A stretch of 64,000 bases of DNA from Terriglobales bacterium. GTDB lineage: Bacteria > Acidobacteriota > Terriglobia > Terriglobales > SCQP01. This document shows positions 28,268 through 37,981 of the stretch, piece by piece. Below the pieces are notes generated by a model. It was given only the letters and a program-made list of their open reading frames with translations, was not told the origin of the DNA and did not search any database. Location of the stretch: NCBI GenBank assembly GCA_025451775.1, contig JANWJU010000081.1:11696-75695 (forward strand), written 5' to 3'. Every line of letters starts with the position of its first letter. Position 1 is the first letter of the stretch. The position numbers were made by a program, and so were the translations under genes.

Positions 28268-29540
28268 CGGTCGCGCTCCACACAACCCGCCCGCCCACGA
28301 TCGTGTGAACAGCGGCGCCGCGCAAGCGCCATCCGGCGAAAGGGGAGTTGCGGCTTTTCGAGAGCCCGCGCGCGGGATCGTAAATCCACTCACGGCTGGG
28401 GTCGAAGACGGTAAGGTCGGCGAGGGCGCCGGCTTCGAGGCGGCCACCGCGTAAATTAAAAATGCGGGCCGGAGATGAACTCAGCGCATCGACGATGCGG
28501 GCCAGGGAGACGCGGCCGCTCTCGACGAGGCGGAGCACCAGCGGGAGGGCAGTTTCGAGGCCGATGATGCCGAAGGGAGCGCGGTCGAACTCCTGTTGCT
28601 TTTCGTGGCCGGCGTGGGGGGCGTGGTCGGTGGCGATGGCGTCAATGGTGCCGTCGGCGAGGGCGGCGATGACCGCCTCGCGGTCGGCAGCGCCGCGCAG
28701 CGGCGGGTTCATCTTGAAATTGGTATCGTAGTCAACCACATCTTCGTCGCAGAGGATAAGGTGATGGGGCGTCACCTCGGCGGTGACGCGCACGCCGCGC
28801 GCCTTGGCCGCGCGCACCAGGCGGGCGGATGCGGCGGTGGAGAGATGGGCGATGTGGATGTGGGCGCCCGATTCCTCGGCGAGAAGGATGTCGCGCGCCA
28901 CCATGGCCGCCTCAGACGCGGAGCTGATGCCCCGCAGACCCAATTGCAGCGAACGGGCTCCGGCGTGCATGGAGCCGCCAGCGGAGAGGTTGAGATCCTC
29001 AGCGTGCTCGATCACCGGGACGCCATACATGGAAGCGTACTCGAGGGCGCGGCGCAGGATTTGAGCGTTCATCACCGGGCGGCCATCATCGCTGAAGCCG
29101 ACGGCGCCGGCCTGGCACATGCCGCCGATGGCAGCGAGGCGTTCGCCGCGGCTGCCCTCGGTGATGGCGCCGATGGGGTAGACGCGGGCGTGGCCCAACT
29201 CGCGCGCCCGGCGGGCTATATGCTCGGTGGCGCCGGCGTTGTCGGTGACCGGCTGGGTGTTGGGCATGGCGCAGACGGCGGTGAATCCGCCGGCGGCGGC
29301 GGCGCGGGTGCCGGTCTCGATGGTTTCCTTGTACTCGAAGCCGGGCTCGCGCAGATGGACGTGCAGGTCGATGAAACCGGGAGCGATGATCAGGCCCGTG
29401 CAGTCGATGACGCCGGGGCCGGAGGCGGCGATGTCGGGGCCGAGACCGCGCACACGGTCGTCCTGCAGGACGACATCACCGACGCGGTCGAGGCTGAGCT
29501 GGGGATCGAAGAGGCGACCGTTTTTAAGGATGAGGTTCAT
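28248..29540 (-). CDS. pyrC: Dihydroorotase
   Basis: PGFIDLHVHLREPG, MPNT, KMNPPLR, ATDHAPH. Confidence 0.95.
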   Translation of the reverse strand: MNLILKNGRLFDPQLSLDRVGDVVLQDDRVRGLGPDIAASGPGVIDCTGLIIAPGFIDLHVHLREPGFEYKETIETGTRAAAAGGFTAVCAMPNTQPVTDNAGATEHIARRARELGHARVYPIGAITEGSRGERLAAIGGMCQAGAVGFSDDGRPVMNAQILRRALEYASMYGVPVIEHAEDLNLSAGGSMHAGARSLQLGLRGISSASEAAMVARDILLAEESGAHIHIAHLSTAASARLVRAAKARGVRVTAEVTPHHLILCDEDVVDYDTNFKMNPPLRGAADREAVIAALADGTIDAIATDHAPHAGHEKQQEFDRAPFGIIGLETALPLVLRLVESGRVSLARIVDALSSSPARIFNLRGGRLEAGALADLTVFDPSREWIYDPARGLSKSRNSPFAGWRLRGAAVHTIVGGRVVWSATARPPES

Positions 29541-30459
29541 GGCATACCAGCAGCTCGTGCAGAACCGCCATGCGGATCAGGACGCCGTTTTCCACCTGCT
29601 CGCGGATCACCGATTGGGGTGAATCGGCGACCTCGGCGCTGATCTCGACGCCGCGGATCATGGGTCCGGGATGCATGACGATGGCGTCGGGGCGGGCGGC
29701 GCGCATGCGGGCGGGGGTGACGGAGTAGCGGGCCACGTACTCGGCCTCGCTGGGGAAGAAGCTCTCCTTCATGCGTTCCATCTGGATGCGCAGCACCATG
29801 ACGACGTCGGCGCCGTTCAAAGCGTCTTCGAGATCCCAACTGAGGCGAACGTGGTCGCCGTAAGCGGCGAATTCCGGAGGCAGCAAGGTGCGCGGGCCGC
29901 ACAGGCGGACCTCGGCGCCCAAGCGGGAGAGCAATAGGAGATTGGAGCGGGCCACGCGGCTGTGGAGCACGTCGCCGATGATGGCGACGCGCAGGCCGGC
30001 AATCGTGCCGCGGTGGCGGCGGATGGTGAAGGCATCGAGCAGCGCCTGGGTGGGGTGCTCGTGCATGCCATCGCCGGCGTTGATGACGGGGACATCGACG
30101 TGGGCGGCGACGAGGTGAGGGGCGCCGCTGGAGCTATGGCGGACGACGATGCCGTCGATGGCCATGGCGCGCAGGGTGTAGACGGTATCGAGGAGGGATT
30201 CGCCTTTTTCGATGCTGCTCGAGCCGGGGGTGACGGAGACGGTTTCGGCGCCAAGGCGGCGGGCGGCGACTTCAAACGAGGTGCGAGTACGGGTGGAGGC
30301 CTCGTAGAATAGCAGCAGAAGGCGTTTGCCGGCGAGGGTGCGGGGCGGGGGCTGGCGCTGAAACTGGGCAGCGCGGTCAAGGATGGCTTCAATACGGGAA
30401 AGCGGGAGCGGCTCGATACCGAGGAGATGGGGGGCGTGCGGCTGATCCGGCAGTGGCAT
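29524..30459 (-). CDS. pyrB: Aspartate carbamoyltransferase catalytic subunit
   Basis: FYEASTRTRTSF, HEHPTQ, HSRVARS, MHPGP. Confidence 0.96.
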   Translation of the reverse strand: MPLPDQPHAPHLLGIEPLPLSRIEAILDRAAQFQRQPPPRTLAGKRLLLLFYEASTRTRTSFEVAARRLGAETVSVTPGSSSIEKGESLLDTVYTLRAMAIDGIVVRHSSSGAPHLVAAHVDVPVINAGDGMHEHPTQALLDAFTIRRHRGTIAGLRVAIIGDVLHSRVARSNLLLLSRLGAEVRLCGPRTLLPPEFAAYGDHVRLSWDLEDALNGADVVMVLRIQMERMKESFFPSEAEYVARYSVTPARMRAARPDAIVMHPGPMIRGVEISAEVADSPQSVIREQVENGVLIRMAVLHELLVCHEPHP

Positions 30460-30473
30460 GAATCCGGTTGGCC

Positions 30474-31064
30474 CTAGGCAGGTTCCATGAGCAGCACTTT
30501 TTCGGCTGCGTCGATCTCCTGCAGCCTCAACTGGACGGTTTCGTGGGCAGCGGTGTGGACGTATTTGCCGACGAAGCTGGCCTCGATGGGCAACTCGCGG
30601 TGGCCGCGGTCAATGAGGGCGCAGAGTTGCACGCGGCGGGGACGGCCATGGTCGAAGAGGGCGTCGAGAGCGGCGCGGATGGTGCGCCCGGTGTAGAGCA
30701 CGTCATCCACCAGGATGACGTTGAGGCCATTGATGTCGAAGTCGATCTGGGCGGGCTTGACCAGGGGTTTCGGCGCCTGGCGGGAACGGTCCCGCTGGTC
30801 GCTGGGGCGGGAAAGGTCGTCGCGGTAATAGGTGATATCAAGCGTACCGACCGGGACCGGCTTGCTCTCGATGCGTCCGGCCAGCGCGGCCAAGCGGCGG
30901 GCAAGCGGCTCACCGCGGCGCCGGATGCCAATCAAGGCCAGGTTGTCGACGCCGTTGTTTTTCTCGACGATCTCGTGGGCCAGGCGCACGAGGGTGCGTT
31001 CGATCTCGGAGGCGGACATGAGCTGGGCTTTTTCGCGCAGCGATGGCGCGGCGGGATCTGGCAT
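30474..31064 (-). CDS. pyrR: Bifunctional pyr regulator / uracil PRTase PyrR
   Basis: LDITYYRDDL, LVDDVLYTGRT, DRGHRELPI. Confidence 0.95.
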   Translation of the reverse strand: MPDPAAPSLREKAQLMSASEIERTLVRLAHEIVEKNNGVDNLALIGIRRRGEPLARRLAALAGRIESKPVPVGTLDITYYRDDLSRPSDQRDRSRQAPKPLVKPAQIDFDINGLNVILVDDVLYTGRTIRAALDALFDHGRPRRVQLCALIDRGHRELPIEASFVGKYVHTAAHETVQLRLQEIDAAEKVLLMEPA

Positions 31065-31142
31065 GGCGTTGCTATTCTAACAGTTGGCGGCTTCCAGTTG
31101 CCAGTTGACGGCCGCGGAGTTGCCTGTATCGAAGGAGCCTGC

Positions 31143-32438
31143 ATGATTGCCCGCTATACACGCCCTGTCATGGGCCGCATTTGGTCGGAAGAGAACCGTT
31201 TTCAAACCTGGCTCGAGGTCGAGCAGGCGGTGGCCGAGGCCGAGGCCGAACTGGGCATTATCCCGGTGGAGGCGGCGCGGGCGATCCGCGAGCGGGGGGC
31301 GTGCAACGCCGAACGCATCGCCACGATTGAAGCCGAGGTGCGGCACGACCTGATCGCCTTCACCACCAACGTGGCGGAATCGGTGGGGGAGGCGGCGCGG
31401 TACTTCCACTATGGCCTGACCTCGAGCGACACCGTCGACACGGCGCAGGCGCTGCAGATTGGGGCGGCGGCCAAGCTCTTAAAAGACGGATTGGAGCGGC
31501 TGGGGACGGTGCTGGCGCGGCGGGCGCGGGAGTTCGCGCACACGGTGCAAGTGGGGCGGACCCACGGCATCCACGCCGAGCCGACCACGTTTGGGCTGAC
31601 GCTGGCGAACTGGTACGCCGAGAACCGGCGCAACCAGCGGCGGCTGGCAGCGGCGGCCGAGGACCTGCGGGTGGGCAAGATCAGCGGCGCGGTGGGAACG
31701 TTCGCGCATCTGGGCCCGGAGGTGGAGGCGCGCACCTGCAAGCGGCTGGGGCTGGAGGCGGCGCCCATCTCGAGCCAGATCATCCAGCGCGACCGCCACG
31801 CCGCGCTGGTGTGCACGTTGGCGGTGATCGCCTCCTCGCTGGATAAGATCGCGCTCGAGATCCGTCATCTGCAGCGGACCGAGGTGCGGGAAGCGGAGGA
31901 GTTTTTCTCGCCCAAGCAAAAGGGTTCATCGGCGATGCCGCACAAGCGCAACCCCATCACCTGCGAGCAGATCTGCGGGCTGGCGCGCCTGGTGCGCGGC
32001 AACGCACAGGCGGGGCTGGAGGATGTCGCGCTATGGCACGAGCGGGACATCAGCCATAGCTCGGTGGAGAGGGTCATCCTGCCCGACTCCTTCATCCTGC
32101 TGGATTACATGCTGGCCAAGACCACCGACCTGATCGACAAGCTGCTGGTGTACCCGGAGCAGATGCAGCGCAACCTCGAGATGACGCACGGGTTGGTGTT
32201 CAGCGGGCAGCTCCTGCTCGACCTGGTGGAATCGGGCGTCACGCGGGAGGACGCCTACCGGTGGGTGCAGCGGCACGCCATGGAGACGTGGCGCACGGGA
32301 AAAGACTTCCGCAAGCTGATTACCGGCGACCCCGAAATCAGCCGGCAGGTGGCGCCGCAGACGATCGCCGCCGCATTCGAGTTGGAGCGGCACCTGCGCC
32401 ACGTGGACACAATTTTAGAGCGGGCGCTGGCGTCGTAG
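31143..32438 (+). CDS. purB: Adenylosuccinate lyase
   Basis: MIARYTRP start with AAGGAG RBS; GRTHGIHAEP; GSSAMPHKRNP. Confidence 0.96.
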   Translation: MIARYTRPVMGRIWSEENRFQTWLEVEQAVAEAEAELGIIPVEAARAIRERGACNAERIATIEAEVRHDLIAFTTNVAESVGEAARYFHYGLTSSDTVDTAQALQIGAAAKLLKDGLERLGTVLARRAREFAHTVQVGRTHGIHAEPTTFGLTLANWYAENRRNQRRLAAAAEDLRVGKISGAVGTFAHLGPEVEARTCKRLGLEAAPISSQIIQRDRHAALVCTLAVIASSLDKIALEIRHLQRTEVREAEEFFSPKQKGSSAMPHKRNPITCEQICGLARLVRGNAQAGLEDVALWHERDISHSSVERVILPDSFILLDYMLAKTTDLIDKLLVYPEQMQRNLEMTHGLVFSGQLLLDLVESGVTREDAYRWVQRHAMETWRTGKDFRKLITGDPEISRQVAPQTIAAAFELERHLRHVDTILERALAS

Positions 32439-33065
32439 AGCGGCCACCACGGCGGCTGCATCACGCTGAAAGAGGCGGATACCGGCGAGGCCAGCAGCGC
32501 CGGCCCCCAGGCAGGAGGCGGCATTGGCGATGGTGATGCCTCCCAGGGCAAGGATGGGGATGGCGCTGGTGGCGGTGGCGGCGTGCAGGGCAGCTAAGCC
32601 CATGGGCGCACCGGATTTCGAGGGGGTGGCGAACACCGGACCCAAGACACAGAAATCGGCCCCGACGGCGGCGGCGGCCTGGGCAGGCGAGTGGCAGCTC
32701 TGGCCAATGATGAAGCCCGGGGGGCCGAGTGGGCGCAGGGTGGCGGGCGGGATGCCGTCGGCAGGGAGATGGACACCGTCGAGGCCGGCGGCGACGGCGA
32801 TGTCCCAGCGGCCATTGAGCAAGAGGCGAGCGGAGGTATCGTGAGTGGCGGCGTGGAGGTCGCGGCAGAACTTGAAGAGAGCGCGGGCCGTGAGGTGCTT
32901 TTCGCGGATCTGGATCATGTCCACGCCAGCGGCGGCCGCGGCCACCAAGGCGTCAAGGCCGCTGGGGCCGGAGCCGGCGGAGATGGCGTAGAGCAGCGGA
33001 GGGGCGGCGTGTGGCTGCGCGGCGTCTAGAGGCGGAAGCCAGTGATTTCGCTGGCGGCAATCCAT
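32415..33065 (-). CDS. thiE: Thiamine-phosphate synthase / TenI family protein
   Basis: IQIREK, LLLNGRWD, DGVHL, SCHS, GPVFATPSK, ALGGI; start uncertain. Confidence 0.82.
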   Translation of the reverse strand: MDCRQRNHWLPPLDAAQPHAAPPLLYAISAGSGPSGLDALVAAAAAGVDMIQIREKHLTARALFKFCRDLHAATHDTSARLLLNGRWDIAVAAGLDGVHLPADGIPPATLRPLGPPGFIIGQSCHSPAQAAAAVGADFCVLGPVFATPSKSGAPMGLAALHAATATSAIPILALGGITIANAASCLGAGAAGLAGIRLFQRDAAAVVAALRRQRPL

Positions 33066-33304
33066 AAATTCATAAGACCGAGGCCACTGACGCCGCCGCG
33101 GAGGAAATCGCTGCGCAAGAAGTTACCCAGCCAGGGGTGTGCGGCCGGGGCTTGTGCGATCCAGAGGCTATGGTCCCAGAGGCGGGTCCAGGGGAGGGTG
33201 AGCAACAGCAGGCCCACCTCGATGCCCACGACGATCACCACGGCGCGGGCGCATTGTGGGCGCCAGTTGGGGCGGGGGGCAGATGCTGGAGCGGAATTGG
33301 GCAC
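33026..33304 (-). CDS. Small hypothetical membrane protein
   Basis: Two hydrophobic segments (EVGLLLLTLPW; RGGVSGLGLMNLWIA); -10-like box 7 nt upstream of GTG. Confidence 0.7.
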   Translation of the reverse strand: MPNSAPASAPRPNWRPQCARAVVIVVGIEVGLLLLTLPWTRLWDHSLWIAQAPAAHPWLGNFLRSDFLRGGVSGLGLMNLWIAASEITGFRL

Positions 33305-33481
33305 AAGCTCTATTGTGCAATATCAGTGGCGATTAGCAGTGGCGTCGGAGCCGGCGGGAATGCGGGCAAATCCCGTGGGGTCGAGGGTGCGGGCCGGATG
33401 GGCGTTGGAGACGTCCATAAACCATGATAGGCGGTTGGCCAGGGGAGGGGGCCGCAGGCTAATGGTAAAAAAAGACTTGAC

Positions 33482-33509
33482 TTGGCAGCGGGGAATATGA
33501 TGGTACACT
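33482..33509 (+). promoter_or_regulatory. Putative sigma70 promoter of the RRM gene
   Basis: TTGGCA-N16-TACACT with extended -10 TG. Confidence 0.45.
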
Positions 33510-33627
33510 TAGGATGCGTTTGCTCTTCTGCTCGATGCTGGTAGACCGTCCGGTACGAACCTGTTCCGTCCTGCCTATTCGCCTCAGATCAGCCAAGTCA
33601 AATAGCTCTCTGTTTGAAGGAAATCAT

Positions 33628-33981
33628 TTGAAGAATATTTTTGTTGGAAACCTGTCGTTCCAAACGACGGAAGCCGACCTGCGGACGGCGTTCGAGGCAT
33701 TCGGCGCGGTGAGCCGCGTCAGCATCATGACGGATCGGGACACTGGGCGTTCGCGTGGGTTTGCGTTCGTCGAGATGAACGATGATCAGCAAGGCGAGGA
33801 CGCCATCGCGGCCCTCAACGGCAGCGAGATGGATGGCCGGGCGTTGAACGTGAACGTGGCGCGTCCGCGTCCGGAGCGTGTCGGCGGCGGCGGTGGTGGG
33901 CCCCGCGGCGGTGGTGGCGGCGGCCGTGGCTTCGGCGGCGGCGGCGGCGGTGGCCGCGGCGGCCGCGAGCAGCGCTGGTAA
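33628..33981 (+). CDS. RRM RNA-binding protein with Gly/Arg-rich tail
   Basis: TTG start after GAAGGA; RNP2 IFVGNL and RNP1 RGFAFVEM; GGRG tail. Confidence 0.93.
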   Translation: MKNIFVGNLSFQTTEADLRTAFEAFGAVSRVSIMTDRDTGRSRGFAFVEMNDDQQGEDAIAALNGSEMDGRALNVNVARPRPERVGGGGGGPRGGGGGGRGFGGGGGGGRGGREQRW

Positions 33982-34009
33982 GCGGCTCGCAGCTTAAACT
34001 GGAAGTAAC

Positions 34010-34050
34010 CCAAGGGCGCCTCCCGAGACAGGGAGGCGCCCTTGGTGTTT
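34010..34050 (+). terminator. Intrinsic terminator of the RRM gene
   Basis: CCAAGGGCGCCTCCC-GAGACA-GGGAGGCGCCCTTGG 15-bp stem followed by TGTTT. Confidence 0.85.
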
Positions 34051-34084
34051 CAGTCGAGCCCCGCTCCGCTCGTGGCGCTGCCCA

Positions 34085-34102
34085 GCGGCCTCGAAAGGCC
34101 GC
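34085..34102 (-). terminator. Hairpin after the M16 peptidase stop (possible terminator or stabiliser)
   Basis: Minus strand GCGGCCT-TTCG-AGGCCGC; no U tract. Confidence 0.4.
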
Positions 34103-34103
34103 A

Positions 34104-36803
34104 TTATTTCGGCGCCGGGCCGCGCACCACCTGGGCGAAGTCGGCAGTTCGGAGCTGGCGGGCGAAGGCGGCCTCGACCTGGGCGGCGTTCAGAACATCA
34201 TAGATTTTCGCGGCCCGGAAAGGCTCGTCCAAGGGCAGCTCCAACTCCGCCCGCCCTAGCAACCCGCCGGCGAGGGCGCCCTCACTGGCCTCACTCAGGG
34301 GGATTTGCCGCAACAGCAGGGCTTTGGCCTGGTGCAGTTCTGCGGCGGACACGGGCTGGGTGCGCATCTGTTCCACATCGCGCAGAATCAACGCCCGCGC
34401 CTTGGCGACGTTGCCCGGGTCGCAGCCGTAGCTGATGGAGTAACTCGCGCGCGTCTTGGCGGCATTCAAACTCACGCTGACGTAGTAGACGTAGCCGTTG
34501 ACCTGGCGCAAATCGTGATAAAGACGGGTGGCGTAGAAGCCGCCACCGAGCACGTGGTTGCCGAGCTGGAGCGGATAGTAGTCGGGACTGAAGCGGTTGA
34601 GGTCAAGCTGCTCGGCCAGCACGACCGAATCCTGCACTTGTTCGGGATCGGGCACGTTGGTGGCGGCGGCGTGGCTGATGGGCACGGCGGGAAGCGTCGT
34701 ATTGGGCCGCGGCCCGGTCGCCTTCCAGCCGCCAAACCACTTTTCGATCACCTGCCGGGCTGCCTGGGGCGTAACGTCGCCGACCACGACGATGGTGGTC
34801 AGGTCGGGCCGGAAGGTAGCGTCGTAATACTGTTTCAACTCCGGCAGCGTAGCGTTGCCCACCGTGGCGGGCGTGGTTTGGCGCAGTTCGGGGTCACCGG
34901 TGGGAAGCAGGGCCAAACTGAGCGCCCGTCCGGCGCGGTAGCCGGGGCTGCGCAGATTACCGGCGACGAACTGTTCGGTTTGCTTTTTTTCCACGGCGAA
35001 GGCCGCAGCCGGCAGCGCGGGATGCAGTTCGTTGTCGGCGAGCAATTGCACGCCGCGGGAGAAGTCAGCTTTCAGCACCTGCAGGGAGAAGTGGTAGCCG
35101 GCGCTTTCGCTGGCGGCGATATCATCGAGCGCTTTCTGGAACGCCAGCCGGTCGAGGGTGGTGGTGCCGTAGGAGAAGAGACCATCGAGCAGGCTGGTGT
35201 CGCCGTCGTGGCCCGCGGGCGTCTGCAGGCCGGAGTTGTGTTTTACGGTACCGGTGACGTAGACGGTGGGGCTGATGGCTTCGGTCTCGACGATGAGGCG
35301 GAGGCCGTTGGGCAAGGTGGTGTCGCTGACCTTGAGGGTATCGGCGGGGACTTGCAGACGCCCCAGCGAGGCCGCGGCCCAGGCGGGGAGCGTAACCGGC
35401 TTGGTGGGCGCGCTGGTCACACTTTCGGCGCCGCCAAAGCCCTTCTGTGAGGCGGGCTGGCCGGAGGGCGCCGGGTTCAGGGTGGCGGTAATGGAATTAT
35501 CCGGAACCAGGTATTGCTTGGCAACGCGGTTGACGTCGGCGACGGTGACGCGTTCGATAGCCTGAACGTCTTGATCGGGTGAGGTGCGGCCTTCGGCGGC
35601 GAGCGCGTTGGACCAGACGTTGGCCAGACCGGGGATGGAGTTGCGCTGGAATTCGGCGCCGGCCACTTCACTGCGCTTGGCCGCGTCCACCAAGGCGGCG
35701 GGCACGCCGTGGGCAGCATAGTTTTCGAGAATCGTGCGCATTTGCTGAATCGCAGGTGCGATGGGGGCGCTGCTGGGCTGCGCCACCAAGCCATAGGCGG
35801 CGCTGGCCTGGCGGTAGGTTTCGGCGAGTCCGAACTCGGCGTCGAGGGCTTGACCGGCGGGCACCATGGCGTAGAGGTTGCCGCGCTGGCTGTCGAGTAC
35901 ATCAGCCAGGATTTCGGCGGCGGCGTAGTCGGGCGAGTCGGTGCCGGGGAGGCGATAGGCGATAAAACCCAGCTTGTAGGGGAGATTGCTGGCGAGAGTG
36001 AACGACTCCGACTTCACCGGGCGCAGCGTCACCGCTGGACGCGGAGGCAAGAGATGGCTGGGGACAGTGCCATACCACTGCCGGATTTTGGCCAGGGTCG
36101 CAGACGGATCCACATCGCCGGCCACCATCAGGATCATATTGGAGGGCGTGTACCAGCGCGCGGCGAAGCTCTGAAGCATGGCGCTGGTCGTAGCCTCAAA
36201 GGAGGCGCGCGTCCCCAGCGGATCGTGGGCGTAGGGGGTGCCGGCGAACATGTCCTGATTGAGGCGGACGATGAACTTGTAGGTGGGATCGGAGAGATCG
36301 CGCGACACCTCCTGCTCGATGGCGCCGCGTTCCTCATCCCATTGCGCTTGGCTGTCGTCAATGCCTTGGACGCAGGCGGCCTGAGCGCGCAGGGCCACAT
36401 CGAGATCGGCGGCGGGGACGGTGGCGTAGTACTGGGTGATGTTTTGCTCAGTATCGGCATTGTTGTCGCCGCCGAGTTCTGCGTAGATGGCCGCGGTCTG
36501 GTCCGCCGTCATGCCGGTGCAGCCGCGAAAGGCCATGTGCTCCTGCGCATGTGCCATGCCGGGAAACTGCGCCGAGGTCTCGTTGCCGCCGGCGAGAAGG
36601 TTGAGCTCGACGGTGGCCACCGGGGCGAGCGTGTCGCGCACGATGACGACGCGCAGGCCGTTGGGGAGCGTCGCCCGCAGCGGGGGCGGCGCTTGCGCGG
36701 CCTGGGCGAAGCCGCGCGCGGGGAACAGAACCGCAGCCAGGGCGGCGCAGAGCAGCAGGGCGGGCAGGCGAAGAGGGACGGCGGAGCGAGTTTTTTCGGC
36801 CAT
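34104..36803 (-). CDS. Secreted M16 (pitrilysin/insulinase-like) zinc peptidase
   Basis: Signal peptide; TLPNGLRV in both halves; inverted zincin GMAHAQEHM. Confidence 0.92.
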   Translation of the reverse strand: MAEKTRSAVPLRLPALLLCAALAAVLFPARGFAQAAQAPPPLRATLPNGLRVVIVRDTLAPVATVELNLLAGGNETSAQFPGMAHAQEHMAFRGCTGMTADQTAAIYAELGGDNNADTEQNITQYYATVPAADLDVALRAQAACVQGIDDSQAQWDEERGAIEQEVSRDLSDPTYKFIVRLNQDMFAGTPYAHDPLGTRASFEATTSAMLQSFAARWYTPSNMILMVAGDVDPSATLAKIRQWYGTVPSHLLPPRPAVTLRPVKSESFTLASNLPYKLGFIAYRLPGTDSPDYAAAEILADVLDSQRGNLYAMVPAGQALDAEFGLAETYRQASAAYGLVAQPSSAPIAPAIQQMRTILENYAAHGVPAALVDAAKRSEVAGAEFQRNSIPGLANVWSNALAAEGRTSPDQDVQAIERVTVADVNRVAKQYLVPDNSITATLNPAPSGQPASQKGFGGAESVTSAPTKPVTLPAWAAASLGRLQVPADTLKVSDTTLPNGLRLIVETEAISPTVYVTGTVKHNSGLQTPAGHDGDTSLLDGLFSYGTTTLDRLAFQKALDDIAASESAGYHFSLQVLKADFSRGVQLLADNELHPALPAAAFAVEKKQTEQFVAGNLRSPGYRAGRALSLALLPTGDPELRQTTPATVGNATLPELKQYYDATFRPDLTTIVVVGDVTPQAARQVIEKWFGGWKATGPRPNTTLPAVPISHAAATNVPDPEQVQDSVVLAEQLDLNRFSPDYYPLQLGNHVLGGGFYATRLYHDLRQVNGYVYYVSVSLNAAKTRASYSISYGCDPGNVAKARALILRDVEQMRTQPVSAAELHQAKALLLRQIPLSEASEGALAGGLLGRAELELPLDEPFRAAKIYDVLNAAQVEAAFARQLRTADFAQVVRGPAPK

Positions 36804-36903
36804 GCGGCAACATCCTAAGGGCCCGGTGGGGCCATTCTGGCGACTCCTCATTGTGTGTCAACTTCAACCTGCCCCCAAATGATGGAGTTCGGGATGGAGG
36901 TCT

Positions 36904-37479
36904 CTAGGCGCGGCTGTGGAATTCGCGGGTTTCGGTGGTGACCTTGACCTTTTCGCCTTCCTTGATAAACAGCGGGACGCGGATTTCGGCGCCGGTTTCG
37001 AGGCGGGCCAGCTTGGTCGCGCCGCCGCTGCCAGTGTCGCCGCGGACGGCGGGCTCGGAGTAGACCACGGTCAGCTCGACGTGGATCGGCAACTCGAGGC
37101 CGATGGGGTTGCCGTTGAATTTTTCGATCTGGACGATGGCGCCGTCCACCAGCATTTCCAGGCTGTCGCCCACCTGGTCCGGCGTGAGGGACAGGGTTTC
37201 AAAGCTCACCTGATCCAGGAAATAAGAACCCTCGGCCTCACTGTAGAGGTAGGCGGCGGGGACCTTTTCCAGGTCGGGCTCGCTGAATTTGTCGCCGGCT
37301 TTGAAGGTCTTCTCGCCGACGGCGTTAGTCAGCAGGTTGCGCAACTTGAGGCGCACCAGGGTCTGGCCGCCGCGGGCCGTGGGGGTGGAGATCTCCTTGT
37401 CCATGCAGACGTAAGGGGCACCTTCAAACTCCAGGAAAGATTTGCGTTTGATGTCGATTGCGTCGGTCAGAGCGGCCAT
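36904..37479 (-). CDS. efp: Elongation factor P family protein with EfpL/YeiP-type loop
   Basis: Loop TPTARGG; EPAVRGDT; LETGAEIRVPLFIKEGEKV. Confidence 0.9.
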   Translation of the reverse strand: MAALTDAIDIKRKSFLEFEGAPYVCMDKEISTPTARGGQTLVRLKLRNLLTNAVGEKTFKAGDKFSEPDLEKVPAAYLYSEAEGSYFLDQVSFETLSLTPDQVGDSLEMLVDGAIVQIEKFNGNPIGLELPIHVELTVVYSEPAVRGDTGSGGATKLARLETGAEIRVPLFIKEGEKVKVTTETREFHSRA

Positions 37480-37561
37480 CGGGGGTCCTCGCGAAAACGG
37501 GTTCTATTATAGCCGGGCATATAACTGGACCAAAGCTCGCCACCTCCGGCTTGGACGCGCC

Positions 37562-37580
37562 CACTCCGCTCATCGGAGTG
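37562..37580 (-). terminator. Hairpin downstream of vapC
   Basis: CACTCCG-N5-CGGAGTG immediately after the toxin stop. Confidence 0.4.
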
Positions 37581-37585
37581 TCTTG

Positions 37586-37981
37586 TCAGCGTAAACGCCG
37601 AACACGTGAAAGCTTTCCGAACGCCTTGTCGAAGGTGATGATTTCCTTGACGCCGGCGTCGAAGGAAATTTCTGCAATCAGATGGTCGGCAAGCCCGACC
37701 GTACCGTTTCGGGCCGCCTCCAGTGCCTTCCGCGCCACTCCCGGCGATTCTACGGTAACGCCTCGTGCCCGAAGCAGGCCATCCAGTGCGTTGAGCACCC
37801 TATCCCGCGCCCACCGGCCGCGAAGTACCCACGAGAGTTCCGCAAAGACAATGAGTGGGACGAACACTCCATCCGCGGAGCGCGCCTGCGCGAGCGCAAA
37901 TCGCGCTCTCCTTGTTTGCGCCTGTTCATCATTGAGCAGGGCACGCGCCCAGACGTTGGTATCGGCCGTGAGCATTACCAT
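37586..37981 (-). CDS. vapC: PIN-domain VapC toxin
   Basis: ADTNVWAR, VFAELSWVL, LADHLI, ITFDK acidic PIN residues; overlaps the antitoxin stop. Confidence 0.88.
   Translation of the reverse strand: MVMLTADTNVWARALLNDEQAQTRRARFALAQARSADGVFVPLIVFAELSWVLRGRWARDRVLNALDGLLRARGVTVESPGVARKALEAARNGTVGLADHLIAEISFDAGVKEIITFDKAFGKLSRVRRLR

Noticed and set aside
31065-31142. PyrR attenuator leader
   Set aside because: The gap to divergent purB is only 78 bp, the -10 box lies 9 nt from the ATG, and no PyrR binding loop or terminator is visible.
30468-31142. N-terminal extensions in the ORF track for purB (also yebC, trpE, imuB, gnd, JAB, SRAP)
   Set aside because: The extensions overlap other genes; the true starts were placed at family-typical N-termini downstream.
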